DNA from: Bacillota bacterium
Lineage (GTDB): Bacteria; Bacillota; Halanaerobiia; Halanaerobiales; Halanaerobiaceae
Assembly: GCA_051746665.1 (NCBI GenBank)
Contig: JBNJFG010000003.1
Location: 474 to 64,473, forward strand
Reading direction: 5' to 3'
DNA length: 64,000 nt
Shown here: positions 10,665-20,100 of the stretch, one piece after another
Position numbering within the stretch: position 1 is the first letter of the stretch
How the letters are laid out: every line of letters begins with the position of its first letter
Notes under the pieces: generated by a model
What the model was told of the DNA's origin: nothing
Database searches by the model: none
What the model saw: the letters and a program-made list of their open reading frames with translations, nothing else
Program-made: the position numbers and the translations under genes

Positions 10665-11249
10665 ATGCAAAAATCATTAAGAATACTTTTAGCTGAGGAT
10701 GAATCAATTATTTCAATGGGTCTAAAATCAAATATTGAAAAACTTGGACATCAGGTTATTGGACAAGCATTTGATGGTGTTGAGGCAGTTGAATTAGCTT
10801 TAGAAAAAGAACCAGATTTAATAATAATAGATATTAATATGCCTAAAATGGATGGGATAGAAGCCATTAAGAAAATTAATAATGAAAAATTTATACCTGC
10901 AATTATTGTAACCGGTTATAATGATGAGAAACTAATTAATCGAGCTTCTAAAGCTGGAGCATTCGCATATTTAATTAAACCAGTTGACAGCAATGACATT
11001 AAACCAGCAATAAATATTGCTAGAGCTCGATTTGAAGAGTTTAAAAAACTTTTATCAGAATTAGATGACAGCAAAAAAGCTTTAGAAGCCCGAAAAATAA
11101 TTGAAAGAGCCAAAGGTATTGTTATGGATAGAAAAAACATCAAAGAAAAAGAAGCAATGAAATTTCTGCAAAAAAAGAGTAATGATCATAATAAGAAAAT
11201 GATTATGATAGCTAAAGAGATTATTGAGGCAGATCAAAAATTTAAATAA
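10665..11249 (+). CDS. ANTAR-domain response regulator (EutV/PdtaR-like)
   Basis: Receiver AEDE...DINMP...YLIKP; ANTAR LEARKIIERAKGIVM...EKEAMKFLQKKS. Confidence 0.92.
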   Translation: MQKSLRILLAEDESIISMGLKSNIEKLGHQVIGQAFDGVEAVELALEKEPDLIIIDINMPKMDGIEAIKKINNEKFIPAIIVTGYNDEKLINRASKAGAFAYLIKPVDSNDIKPAINIARARFEEFKKLLSELDDSKKALEARKIIERAKGIVMDRKNIKEKEAMKFLQKKSNDHNKKMIMIAKEIIEADQKFK

Positions 11250-11329
11250 TTTAATAATCAAAAGTTTAAATTGCCAAAATACTACCTAAAACCTGAAATT
11301 AACCAATATTAAAAATATTTTAAAAAAAT

Positions 11330-11358
11330 TTGATTTTTCAAAATATTAATGTTATACT
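11330..11358 (+). promoter_or_regulatory. Sigma-A promoter of the araFGH operon
   Basis: TTGATT-17 nt-TATACT with TG extension. Confidence 0.65.
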
Positions 11359-11374
11359 AGAAAAAAATAAACAA

Positions 11375-11466
11375 TATTCTGTTAATGGTTGACAGAATAA
11401 TTTGAGGTCATGAAGGCCCCCTTAGTCAGTAGTTTATACTGTCTGAGGGGGTTTTATGTCTTTTTT
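11375..11466 (+). promoter_or_regulatory. Dual-hairpin ANTAR-type leader overlapping an intrinsic terminator (attenuator)
   Basis: Hairpin 1 tattctgtt-aatggtt-gacagaata (11375-11399); hairpin 2 ggtc-atgaa-ggcc (11406-11418) shares bases with terminator stem cccccttagtcagta/tactgtctgaggggg followed by a T tract. Confidence 0.65.
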
Positions 11467-11550
11467 GAAAAATTTAACTTAATAAAGGGGGTGAATTTTT
11501 AGTTTTTGCTTTTTATTTTAATTAAAATAAAACAATAGGAGGAGAATATT

Positions 11551-12516
11551 TTGCAGAAAAAACTTATTTTATTATTAACTTTAATTATGGTGTTGGGTGC
11601 AATTTCAGTAACCGCTGCTCAGGATGTAAAAATTGGATTTATGGTAAAACAACCTGAAGAAGCTTGGTTTCAAGATGAATGGAAATTTGCTGAAGAAGCT
11701 GCAGATGATTATGGTTTTGAATTAGTTAAAATTGGTGGAACTGATGGAGGTCAGGTGCTTTCTGCTATTGATAATTTAGCAGCACAGGGAGCACAGGGTT
11801 TTATTATTTGTACACCAGATGTTAAATTAGGACCAGCTATTAAAGCCAAAGCTGATATGAATGGTTTAAAAGTAATGTCTGTTGATGACAGATTTGTAGG
11901 TTCTGATGGTGAAGCAATGGAAGAAGTACCACATATGGGAATTTCAGCTTATGATATTGGTCAATTAGTTGGAGAAACTTTAGTAGAACAGATGGACAAA
12001 AGAGATTGGAACTATGATGAAGTAGGATACTTAGTAATGACTTTTGATCAACTCCCAACTATTACTGAAAGAACTCAAGGTGCAACAGATGTATTGTTAG
12101 AAAACGGATTTCCTGAAGATCAGGTATTTGAAAGTCCTATGCAGACACTGGACACCGAAGGCTCATTTAATGCTGCTAACTTTGCTTTAACTAAGCATGA
12201 AGATTTTGATAAATGGATAGTTGCTGGTGGAAATGATTCTTCAGTAATTGGAGCAATTAGAGCTCTTGAAGGTCAGGGTTTTGGTGCAGAGAATGTTATA
12301 GGTATTGGAATAAATGGCTCTAATTTTGTTACAAATGAATTTGAAAAAGACGAAGAAACAGGTTTTTATGCTTCTGTGAAATTAAGTGCTCGCAGACATG
12401 GTTATGAAACTGCTGAATTAATGTACAAATGGATTAAAAATGGAGAAGAGCCTCCAAAAGTTACCTGGACAACAGGTCAAATAATGACAAGAGATAATTA
12501 TAAAGAATTAGAATAA
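11551..12516 (+). CDS. araF: Arabinose/galactose ABC transporter periplasmic binding protein
   Basis: KIGFMVKQPEEAWFQDEWKFA...AIDNLAAQGAQGFIICTPDVKLG closely resembles E. coli AraF; type I signal peptide; TTG start after aggagg. Confidence 0.85.
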   Translation: MQKKLILLLTLIMVLGAISVTAAQDVKIGFMVKQPEEAWFQDEWKFAEEAADDYGFELVKIGGTDGGQVLSAIDNLAAQGAQGFIICTPDVKLGPAIKAKADMNGLKVMSVDDRFVGSDGEAMEEVPHMGISAYDIGQLVGETLVEQMDKRDWNYDEVGYLVMTFDQLPTITERTQGATDVLLENGFPEDQVFESPMQTLDTEGSFNAANFALTKHEDFDKWIVAGGNDSSVIGAIRALEGQGFGAENVIGIGINGSNFVTNEFEKDEETGFYASVKLSARRHGYETAELMYKWIKNGEEPPKVTWTTGQIMTRDNYKELE

Positions 12517-12524
12517 TATAATTA

Positions 12525-12551
12525 TAATAGAGGGGATAATCCCCTCTATTA
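12525..12551 (+). other. Intercistronic stem-loop (probable mRNA stabiliser) after araF
   Basis: taatagagggga-taa-tcccctctatta, no T tract. Confidence 0.55.
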
Positions 12552-12579
12552 CTCTTGACTATTAGAGAGGAGTAAATTT

Positions 12580-14070
12580 ATGGGTTATCATTTAGAATTT
12601 AAAAACATAACAAAAACTTTTCCAGGCGTAAAAGCACTTGATGAAATTTCTTTTGGAGTTAATAGTGGAAGTATTCATGGACTTGTAGGCGAAAATGGAG
12701 CAGGTAAATCTACACTTCTGCACACATTGAGTGGTGCCTTAACTCCTAATCAGGGTGAAATATTAATTAAAAATAAAACTATGGATTTTTCTAATACTAA
12801 AGATGCTTTAGATGCTGGAATAGCTGTAATATATCAGGAATTAAATTTAGTACCAGAAATGACAGTTGCAGAAAATTTGATGATTGGTAATTACCCAAAC
12901 AAAAAAGGATTCGTAGACAAAAAAAAGCTAAAAGAAAAAGCTGTTGAACAGATAAAAATGCTGATGGAGAATTTTAATCCTAAAACTAAAGTCAAAGACC
13001 TTTCAATTGCCCAAAAACAAATGATTGAAATTGGTAAAGCTTTAATGCAGGATGCTAAAATTATAGCTTTTGATGAACCAACAAGTTCTCTTTCTGACAG
13101 AGAAATTAAACATTTATTTGATATTATAGAAAGATTAAAAGATGATGGCAAAGCTATTATTTATGTATCACACCGAATGGAAGAAATTTTTAAAATTTGT
13201 GATAGCTGTACTGTTTTTAGAGATGGTAAACATATTGAAACATTTAGAAATATGGAAGAAGTTACGCATGAGTTAATTGTTAAAAAAATGGTTGGTCGAG
13301 AACTTAATGATATATATGGATATGAAGAAAGAGATAAAGGAGCAGAAATTTTTCATATTGAAAACATTAGGGGAAAAGGAGTTAAAAGGAATATTAATTT
13401 AACAGTACATGAAGGTGAGGTAGTTGGTATTTTTGGTCTTGTTGGAGCAGGACGTACAGAATTATTTAAACTACTATATGGTTTAGAAAAAATTGAAGCA
13501 GGCAGGATTGAAGTTAAAGGAGAAGAAGTTTCTCTAGAAAATCCTAAAGAATCTATCAGGAATAATGTTTGTCTGCTGCCTGAAGATCGAAAAGATGAGG
13601 GTATTATTGGGATTCGTTCAGTAAGTGAAAATATTAATATTAGCAGTAGAAGACATCATCTTATATATAACTTCTTTTTAAATAAAAAGGCTGAAAAAGA
13701 AACTGCAGATGAGTTTATTAATAATCTAGATATTAAAACTCCTTCTCGTGATCAACTAGCCGTCAATCTTTCGGGTGGAAATCAGCAAAAAGTGATTTTA
13801 TCTAGATGGTTAAGTGAAGATATTGATGTATTTTTAATGGATGAGCCAACCAGAGGTATTGATGTTGGAGCAAAATATGAAATTTATAAAATAATGTATA
13901 ATTTAGCGGCAGAAGGTAAGGGTATACTTTTTGTTTCAAGTGATTTACCAGAAGTAATGGGAGTCTCAGATAGAGTAGTTGTAATGAGATCTGGAGAAAT
14001 TATAGGATCTTTAAGTCGAGAAGAATATACAGAAGAAAAAATATTATCTATGGCACTGCCAGTTTCTTAA
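12580..14070 (+). CDS. araG: Monosaccharide ABC transporter ATP-binding protein (two NBDs)
   Basis: GENGAGKST, AFDEPTSSL, PEDRK, LSGGNQQK, MDEPTRGIDVGAK. Confidence 0.88.
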   Translation: MGYHLEFKNITKTFPGVKALDEISFGVNSGSIHGLVGENGAGKSTLLHTLSGALTPNQGEILIKNKTMDFSNTKDALDAGIAVIYQELNLVPEMTVAENLMIGNYPNKKGFVDKKKLKEKAVEQIKMLMENFNPKTKVKDLSIAQKQMIEIGKALMQDAKIIAFDEPTSSLSDREIKHLFDIIERLKDDGKAIIYVSHRMEEIFKICDSCTVFRDGKHIETFRNMEEVTHELIVKKMVGRELNDIYGYEERDKGAEIFHIENIRGKGVKRNINLTVHEGEVVGIFGLVGAGRTELFKLLYGLEKIEAGRIEVKGEEVSLENPKESIRNNVCLLPEDRKDEGIIGIRSVSENINISSRRHHLIYNFFLNKKAEKETADEFINNLDIKTPSRDQLAVNLSGGNQQKVILSRWLSEDIDVFLMDEPTRGIDVGAKYEIYKIMYNLAAEGKGILFVSSDLPEVMGVSDRVVVMRSGEIIGSLSREEYTEEKILSMALPVS

Positions 14071-14094
14071 TTATGAATAGGGGGATCTAATATT

Positions 14095-15045
14095 ATGTCA
14101 GAAACTACTAAAAGTAGAATTAAATACTTATATAATAATTATACAATAATTTTGATATTTATAACAATGTTTATCTTACTTTCAATTTTTGTTCCTTATT
14201 TTTTAACATGGCGCAATATGGTTGGTCTTGCACTCTCAGTAGTTACTATTGGTTTAATTGCTAATACAATGATGTTTGCTTTAGCAAGTGGTGATTTTGA
14301 CCTTTCTGTAAGTTCAACAGTTGCTTTTTCTGGGATTACTACAGCTGTTGTTATTAATAGTACAGGAAGCGTATGGGCAGGTATTATAACAGGACTTCTT
14401 GCAGGAGTCTTAGTGGGAGTAATAAATGGTTTTTCTATTGCAAAATTGGGATTAAACGCATTAATTACAACTTTAGCCACTCAAATGATTTTTAGAGGTA
14501 TGGCTTTTATCTTATCAAATGGACGTGCAGTTGGTATTTCTACAGCAGGTTTTTTTAAATTAGGAAACAGTTCTATTTTTGGAATTCCTACACCAATACT
14601 TATTATGGTTTTTTCATTTATTATCTTTGGTATTTTACTAAACAATACAGTTTTTGGTAAAAATACACTTGCAATTGGTGGAAATACAAAAGCAGCTGAA
14701 CTGGCCGGAATAAATGTTGATTTAACTAAAATAATAATATTTTCTGCTCAGGGATTTATGGCAGGTTTTGCAGGTGTAATATTAGCTTCAAGAATGACAA
14801 GTGGTCAACCAAATGCTGCTCAAGGTCTTGAACTTGATGTAATTTCGGCTTGTGTTTTGGGTGGAGTATCTTTAAATGGTGGTATAGCAACAATAAGTGG
14901 AGTAGTTGTTGGTGTTTTAATTATGGGGATGATTTCCAATGCTTTAAATTTACTCAATGTAGCTACTTTTTATCAGTATGTTGTTAGAGGATCTGTTTTA
15001 TTAATTGCAATTTATCTAGATATTTTAAAGCAGCGCAGTAAATAG
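14095..15045 (+). CDS. araH: Monosaccharide ABC transporter permease
   Basis: LASGDFDLSV, IGGNTKAAELAGI, ASRMTSGQP, ELDVISACVLGGVSL. Confidence 0.85.
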   Translation: MSETTKSRIKYLYNNYTIILIFITMFILLSIFVPYFLTWRNMVGLALSVVTIGLIANTMMFALASGDFDLSVSSTVAFSGITTAVVINSTGSVWAGIITGLLAGVLVGVINGFSIAKLGLNALITTLATQMIFRGMAFILSNGRAVGISTAGFFKLGNSSIFGIPTPILIMVFSFIIFGILLNNTVFGKNTLAIGGNTKAAELAGINVDLTKIIIFSAQGFMAGFAGVILASRMTSGQPNAAQGLELDVISACVLGGVSLNGGIATISGVVVGVLIMGMISNALNLLNVATFYQYVVRGSVLLIAIYLDILKQRSK

Positions 15046-15091
15046 TATTTAAAAAGCTTATTTTTTAGAAAAGCTTTAAGGAGCTTAAATA

Positions 15092-16027
15092 ATGAAAATT
15101 ATAGAAACTACATTCAAAAAAACAAAAGCTCTAAAAATGGAAAATGATTATATTTCAATTATAATATTACCAGAAATCGGTTCTAAAATAGCTTCAATAT
15201 ACAGTAAAGAAAAAGATTTTGAGTTTTTATTTCAAAATAAAGATGATAGTTACAAAAAGCCAGAATTTGATAGTGTGTTTGAAGAATATGATTGTTCCGG
15301 TTTTGATGACTGTTTTCCCAATATAGATGCTTCCAGGTTAAATTATAATGACAGAGAAATTATATATCCTGATCATGGAGAAATCTGGTCTGCTAAATTT
15401 GATTATAAAATAGCTGCAGGAAAATTGGTTTTAAATTATTACAGTAGTTATTTAGATTATAATTATCAAAAAAAGATCTATTTAGAAAATAATAAATTGA
15501 AAATAGATTATAAAATAAAAAATGAATCTCAAAAAGAGCTGCCAGCAATCTGGGCAATGCACTGTTTAATAAAATATAGTCAGGATATGGAACTTCAATT
15601 TCCAGAAGGAGTAGAAAAAATTGAAAATGTAATGGAAAGCAAATATCTGGGAGAAAAAGGTGAAATTCATCAGTTTCCAGTTACAAAAGATAAATCTAAT
15701 AATTCTTATTTTTTAGACAGGGTTAATAATAAAAAAGAAAAAAAATGTGAAAAATATTATGTTTTAGGTGAAATAAATGCTGGCAGCTGTTCAGTGTTTT
15801 ATCCTGAAAAAAATATAGGAATTAAAATTAATTTTGACAGAGAAAAACTCCCTTACCTTGGTTTCTGGCTGACAGAGGGAGGATTTAAAGGTGATTATAA
15901 CTGTGCCTTTGAACCTGCAGACGGTTATTATGATTCAGTAAATAAAGCTATAAAAAATAATAAAATTAATATAATTAAAGCTGGAGATGTTTATGAATTT
16001 TCTCTAGAACTTGAATTAAATTATTAA
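15092..16027 (+). CDS. Aldose 1-epimerase (galactose mutarotase) superfamily protein
   Basis: SGFDDCFP, PDHGEIW, WAMH, CAFEP motifs. Confidence 0.7.
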   Translation: MKIIETTFKKTKALKMENDYISIIILPEIGSKIASIYSKEKDFEFLFQNKDDSYKKPEFDSVFEEYDCSGFDDCFPNIDASRLNYNDREIIYPDHGEIWSAKFDYKIAAGKLVLNYYSSYLDYNYQKKIYLENNKLKIDYKIKNESQKELPAIWAMHCLIKYSQDMELQFPEGVEKIENVMESKYLGEKGEIHQFPVTKDKSNNSYFLDRVNNKKEKKCEKYYVLGEINAGSCSVFYPEKNIGIKINFDREKLPYLGFWLTEGGFKGDYNCAFEPADGYYDSVNKAIKNNKINIIKAGDVYEFSLELELNY

Positions 16028-16041
16028 TTCAAGTTCTAGAG
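16002..16041. terminator. Perfect 18-bp inverted repeat at the junction of convergent genes
   Basis: ctctagaacttgaattaa-atta-ttaattcaagttctagag. Confidence 0.55.
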
Positions 16042-16085
16042 TTTAAATTACTTTCATCATAAAAATTTATTTTATAGATAATAAA

Positions 16086-16970
16086 TTAACCTTTCTCAAC
16101 TTTTCTATATTTGCTTGGAGCTAAACCCATGATTTTTTTAAAAATTCTAGAAAAATAATATTGATCATTATAATTTAATTTTTGTGATATTTCTTTAACT
16201 GTTAGCTGTGTGAGATCGAGAAGCTGACAGGCTTTTTTTATTTTTAAATGGATAAAAAAATCTATTGGTGAATAAGCAGTTTTTTCGTTAAAAACATTGG
16301 TTAATTGACTTTTTGATAAATTATTCAGATCAGCAAGTTCCTGCAGGCTTAAATTTTTTTCAAGATTCTGCTGCATATAATCAATAGTTTTCTCAACATA
16401 AGCACTCTGCTGATCAACTCTTATTTTAGCATTATCAGAAAAATAAATAACAGCAAGCAGATGTCCTAAGGTTTGTGATGCATAAATTAAGTTTTTTTTG
16501 GTAAAACCTCTGTTAAAAGTTCCAAGTAAAATATTAAATAATTTAAAAATAAGTGGAAACTTATCAAGATCTGGTGAAGATATTATAATCTCTTCTAACT
16601 TATCTTTAAAATAGTAGCCCACATTTTCACCAGCAAAATGAAGCCAGTAAATATCCCAGCTGTTATCAGCTAAAGACCCATAGTTGTGGGCCAAATTAGC
16701 TGGAATAAATAAAATATCACCTTTGTTTAGATTCTGCTGTTTTTTTTCAGTTTTAATAAAGCCCTTTCCAGCTGTACAGTAAATAAGTATATGAGTTTTG
16801 CTGCCCTCCTCTCTTTTACGATAATGATATTTTGCATTGGGGAAAAAGCCAATATCTGTAATATAAAGATTTTTAATCAGTGGATTGATAGATAAATTAT
16901 CGATTATCTTTTTTGGAATCACAGTAATTATTTCATTTTTAAAGCCTTCCTGTTTTCTTTTATTCATCAT
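16086..16970 (-). CDS. AraC family transcriptional regulator
   Basis: Cupin sensor (IGFFPNAKYH, HNYGS, WDIYWLHF) and double HTH (YNDQYYFSRIFKKIMG); start reassigned to ATG 16970. Confidence 0.9.
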   Translation of the reverse strand: MMNKRKQEGFKNEIITVIPKKIIDNLSINPLIKNLYITDIGFFPNAKYHYRKREEGSKTHILIYCTAGKGFIKTEKKQQNLNKGDILFIPANLAHNYGSLADNSWDIYWLHFAGENVGYYFKDKLEEIIISSPDLDKFPLIFKLFNILLGTFNRGFTKKNLIYASQTLGHLLAVIYFSDNAKIRVDQQSAYVEKTIDYMQQNLEKNLSLQELADLNNLSKSQLTNVFNEKTAYSPIDFFIHLKIKKACQLLDLTQLTVKEISQKLNYNDQYYFSRIFKKIMGLAPSKYRKVEKG

Positions 16971-16976
16971 AAATAT

Positions 16977-17005
16977 ATTATATTTCATTTTTCTTAATAT
17001 TTCAA
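16977..17005 (-). promoter_or_regulatory. Sigma-A promoter for araC, probably giving a leaderless mRNA
   Basis: Minus strand reads TTGAAA-17 nt-TATAAT-atattt-ATG; no SD sequence. Confidence 0.6.
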
Positions 17006-17102
17006 ATAAAATAAGAATATAGTGCATCTTTTTAAGAGTTAAGTCCATTGTGCCAGTAGTTAAATTTAGATAAAATTAGAGTATAATAATTAATCAGAGG
17101 AG

Positions 17103-20100
17103 ATGATCAAATTGTCTGAAAAAATTAGTGTTAAAGTGTGGGAGGAAATGGTAGAAATTGAAACATATCCTGTAGGAAATGCTGATAAAAATCCAATGTT
17201 TCTAGATAAAAGGGTTTATCAGGGGAGTTCAGGTAAAGTTTATCCTCTTCCAGTAATTGAAAAAATTTATGATAATAAAATCATGAAAGAATATAAGATG
17301 ATTTATTTAGAAAATGAATATTTAAAAATAGAAATTCTACCTGAATTAGGTGGCAGAATCCAGAGGGCTTATGATAAAACAAATGGCTACGATTTTGTAT
17401 ATTACAATCCGGTCATAAAACCAGCTTTAGTGGGATTGGCTGGCCCCTGGATTGCAGGAGGGATTGAGTTCAACTGGCCTCAGCATCACCGTCCTTCAAC
17501 TTATAGTCCGGTGGAATATTCTTATGAAACCCATGATGATGGTAGTGCTGTAGTCTGGGTCAGTGAAATTGATAGAATGTATGGAACAAAAGGAATGGCT
17601 GGGTTTAAACTTTATCCAGATAAAGCATATTTAGAAATAATAGGACAGTTATATAATAAAACTGAACTTCCACAGACATTTCTTTGGTGGGCCAACCCTG
17701 CAGTAGCTGTCAATGAATATTACAAATCAATTTTCCCGCCAGATGTAAATGCTGTATTTGATCATGGAAAAAGAGATGTATCAAAATTTCCAATAGCAAC
17801 TGGAGAATATTATAAAGTTGATTATTCAGCTGGAGTAGATATTTCAAAATATAAAAACATACCTGTACCAACTTCATATATGGCATATCATTCTGATTAT
17901 AATTTTGTTGGAGGTTATGATTATTCAAAAGAGGCTGGAATCCTTCATGTTGCAAATCATCATATCTCACCAGGTAAAAAACAGTGGACCTGGGGAACAG
18001 GTGATTTTGGACAGAGATGGTATCAAAATCTAACAGATTATGGTACTGGTGAATATATAGAATTAATGACAGGAGTATATACAGATAATCAACCAGACTT
18101 TACCTGGATACAGCCACAGGAAGAAAAAACTTTTAAGCAATATTTTATGCCTTACAAAGGTTTAGGCGAAGTAAAAAATGCTTCTAAAGATTATTTATTA
18201 AACTTAGAAATTGATAAAAAAGAAGCAGAGATATCTATTTATTCAACTTCTAAAAAAAGTAACTTAAAAATAATTTTATCTGAAAACAAAAATATTTTAT
18301 TCAGTGAAAAAATAAATTTAGATCCTAAATTTTCTTATAATAAAAAAGTAGAAATAAATAAATTAACCCAAAAATCAAATTATACTTTAAAATTATTAGA
18401 TAGCGATAATAATGAATTGATTTCTTATTCACCTGCAGCAGAAAAATTATTAAAAACTCCTGATCCTGCAGAGGCTGCAAAAAAGCCAGAGGAAATTCAA
18501 ACAAATGAAGAGTTATATTTAACTGCTGTTCATTTAGAACAATACCGACATGCAACTTATGATCCAGATCCTTATTACCTGGAAGGTTTAAAAAGAGATC
18601 CGTATGATATTCGAATTAATAATGCATATGGGAGGTTATTATTAAGAAGAGGGTTATTTGTTGAAAGCGAAAAATATTTTGAGCGTGCTGTTGAAAGATT
18701 AACTGACAGAAATCCGAATCCATATGATAGTGAAGCATATTATAATCTGGGTTTGTCTTTAAAATATCAAAAAAAGTATCATAAGTCTTTTGAGGCTTTT
18801 CATAAGGCTATTTGGTCTGGGAACTGGCAGGATAGCGGTTATTATGAACTTGCAGCACTAGCTTATAGAAAAAAAGAAATTACAGATGCTCTTGAATATA
18901 TTGAAAAATCTATAATTAAAAATTATCATAATACTAAATCTAGGAACCTTAAAACTGCACTTTTAAGAAAATTAGATAAGTTAAATCAAGCAGAAAAATT
19001 TGCAGAAGAAACTATAAAAATTGACAAATTAGATTTTGCTGCTAGAAGTGAATTATACTTTATTAAAAAAAGAAGAGGCGAAAGAAAAGCTGTTGAAGTT
19101 GCTAAAAATGATATTTTAAATATTTTAAGAAATGATCATCATAACTTTTTAGAACTTGCTCGTGATTATGGAAAGGCATTTTTATATCAAGAAGCAATCG
19201 ATATTTTAGAAATTTATTTATCTAATAATAAAACAGATGAATTAAATATATATCCAATGATATATTATTATTTAGCCTATTATCATTTAGAAATAGCTAA
19301 TATAAATGAATCTAAAATTTATTATGATAAAGCTGCAGCTGCAAATTCTGATTACTGTTTTCCAAATAAGTTAACTTCTATTAATGTTTTGGAATCAGCA
19401 ATAAAAATTAATTCTCAAGATGCAAAAGCTCCCTACTATCTGGGTAATTTGTATTATGATAAAAAACAATATGATAAAGCTATAAAATTATGGGAAAAAT
19501 CAAGAGATATAGATAATTCAACTGCTGTAATTCATAGAAATTTAGCTCTAGCTTATTATAATAAACTAGCTAAAAAGGAAAAAAGTAAAAAATCATTAGA
19601 AAAAGCTTTTAAAATAAATAATGATGACAGCAGAATACTTTATGAGTTGGATCAGTTATATAAAAAGCTGGGATATTCAAATCAAAAAAGAAAAGATTTT
19701 TTAGATAAATATATGAATCTCGTAAAAGAAAGAGATGATTTATATACAGAATATGTTACTTTAGAAAATAATCTTTCTAATCATAAAAAAGCTTTGGAAT
19801 TGTTATTAGAACGACATTTTCATCCCTGGGAAGGTGGGGAAGGTAAAGTTACCTCTCAGTACAAATTTGCAAATATAGAACTGGCTAAAGAAAATATAGA
19901 AAAGGGAAATTACAATAAAGCAAACGAATTTTTAGAGGCAGCAAGAAGCTATCCTGAGAATTTAGGAGAAGGGAAATTACCTATAGCTAAAGATAATGAT
20001 CTTGATTATTATAAAGCTTTGATTTATAAGAAAAATAATGAGATTGAAAAAGCAAAAATCTATTTTGAAAAAGCTGCAGTAGGATCAGATGATTTATCAG

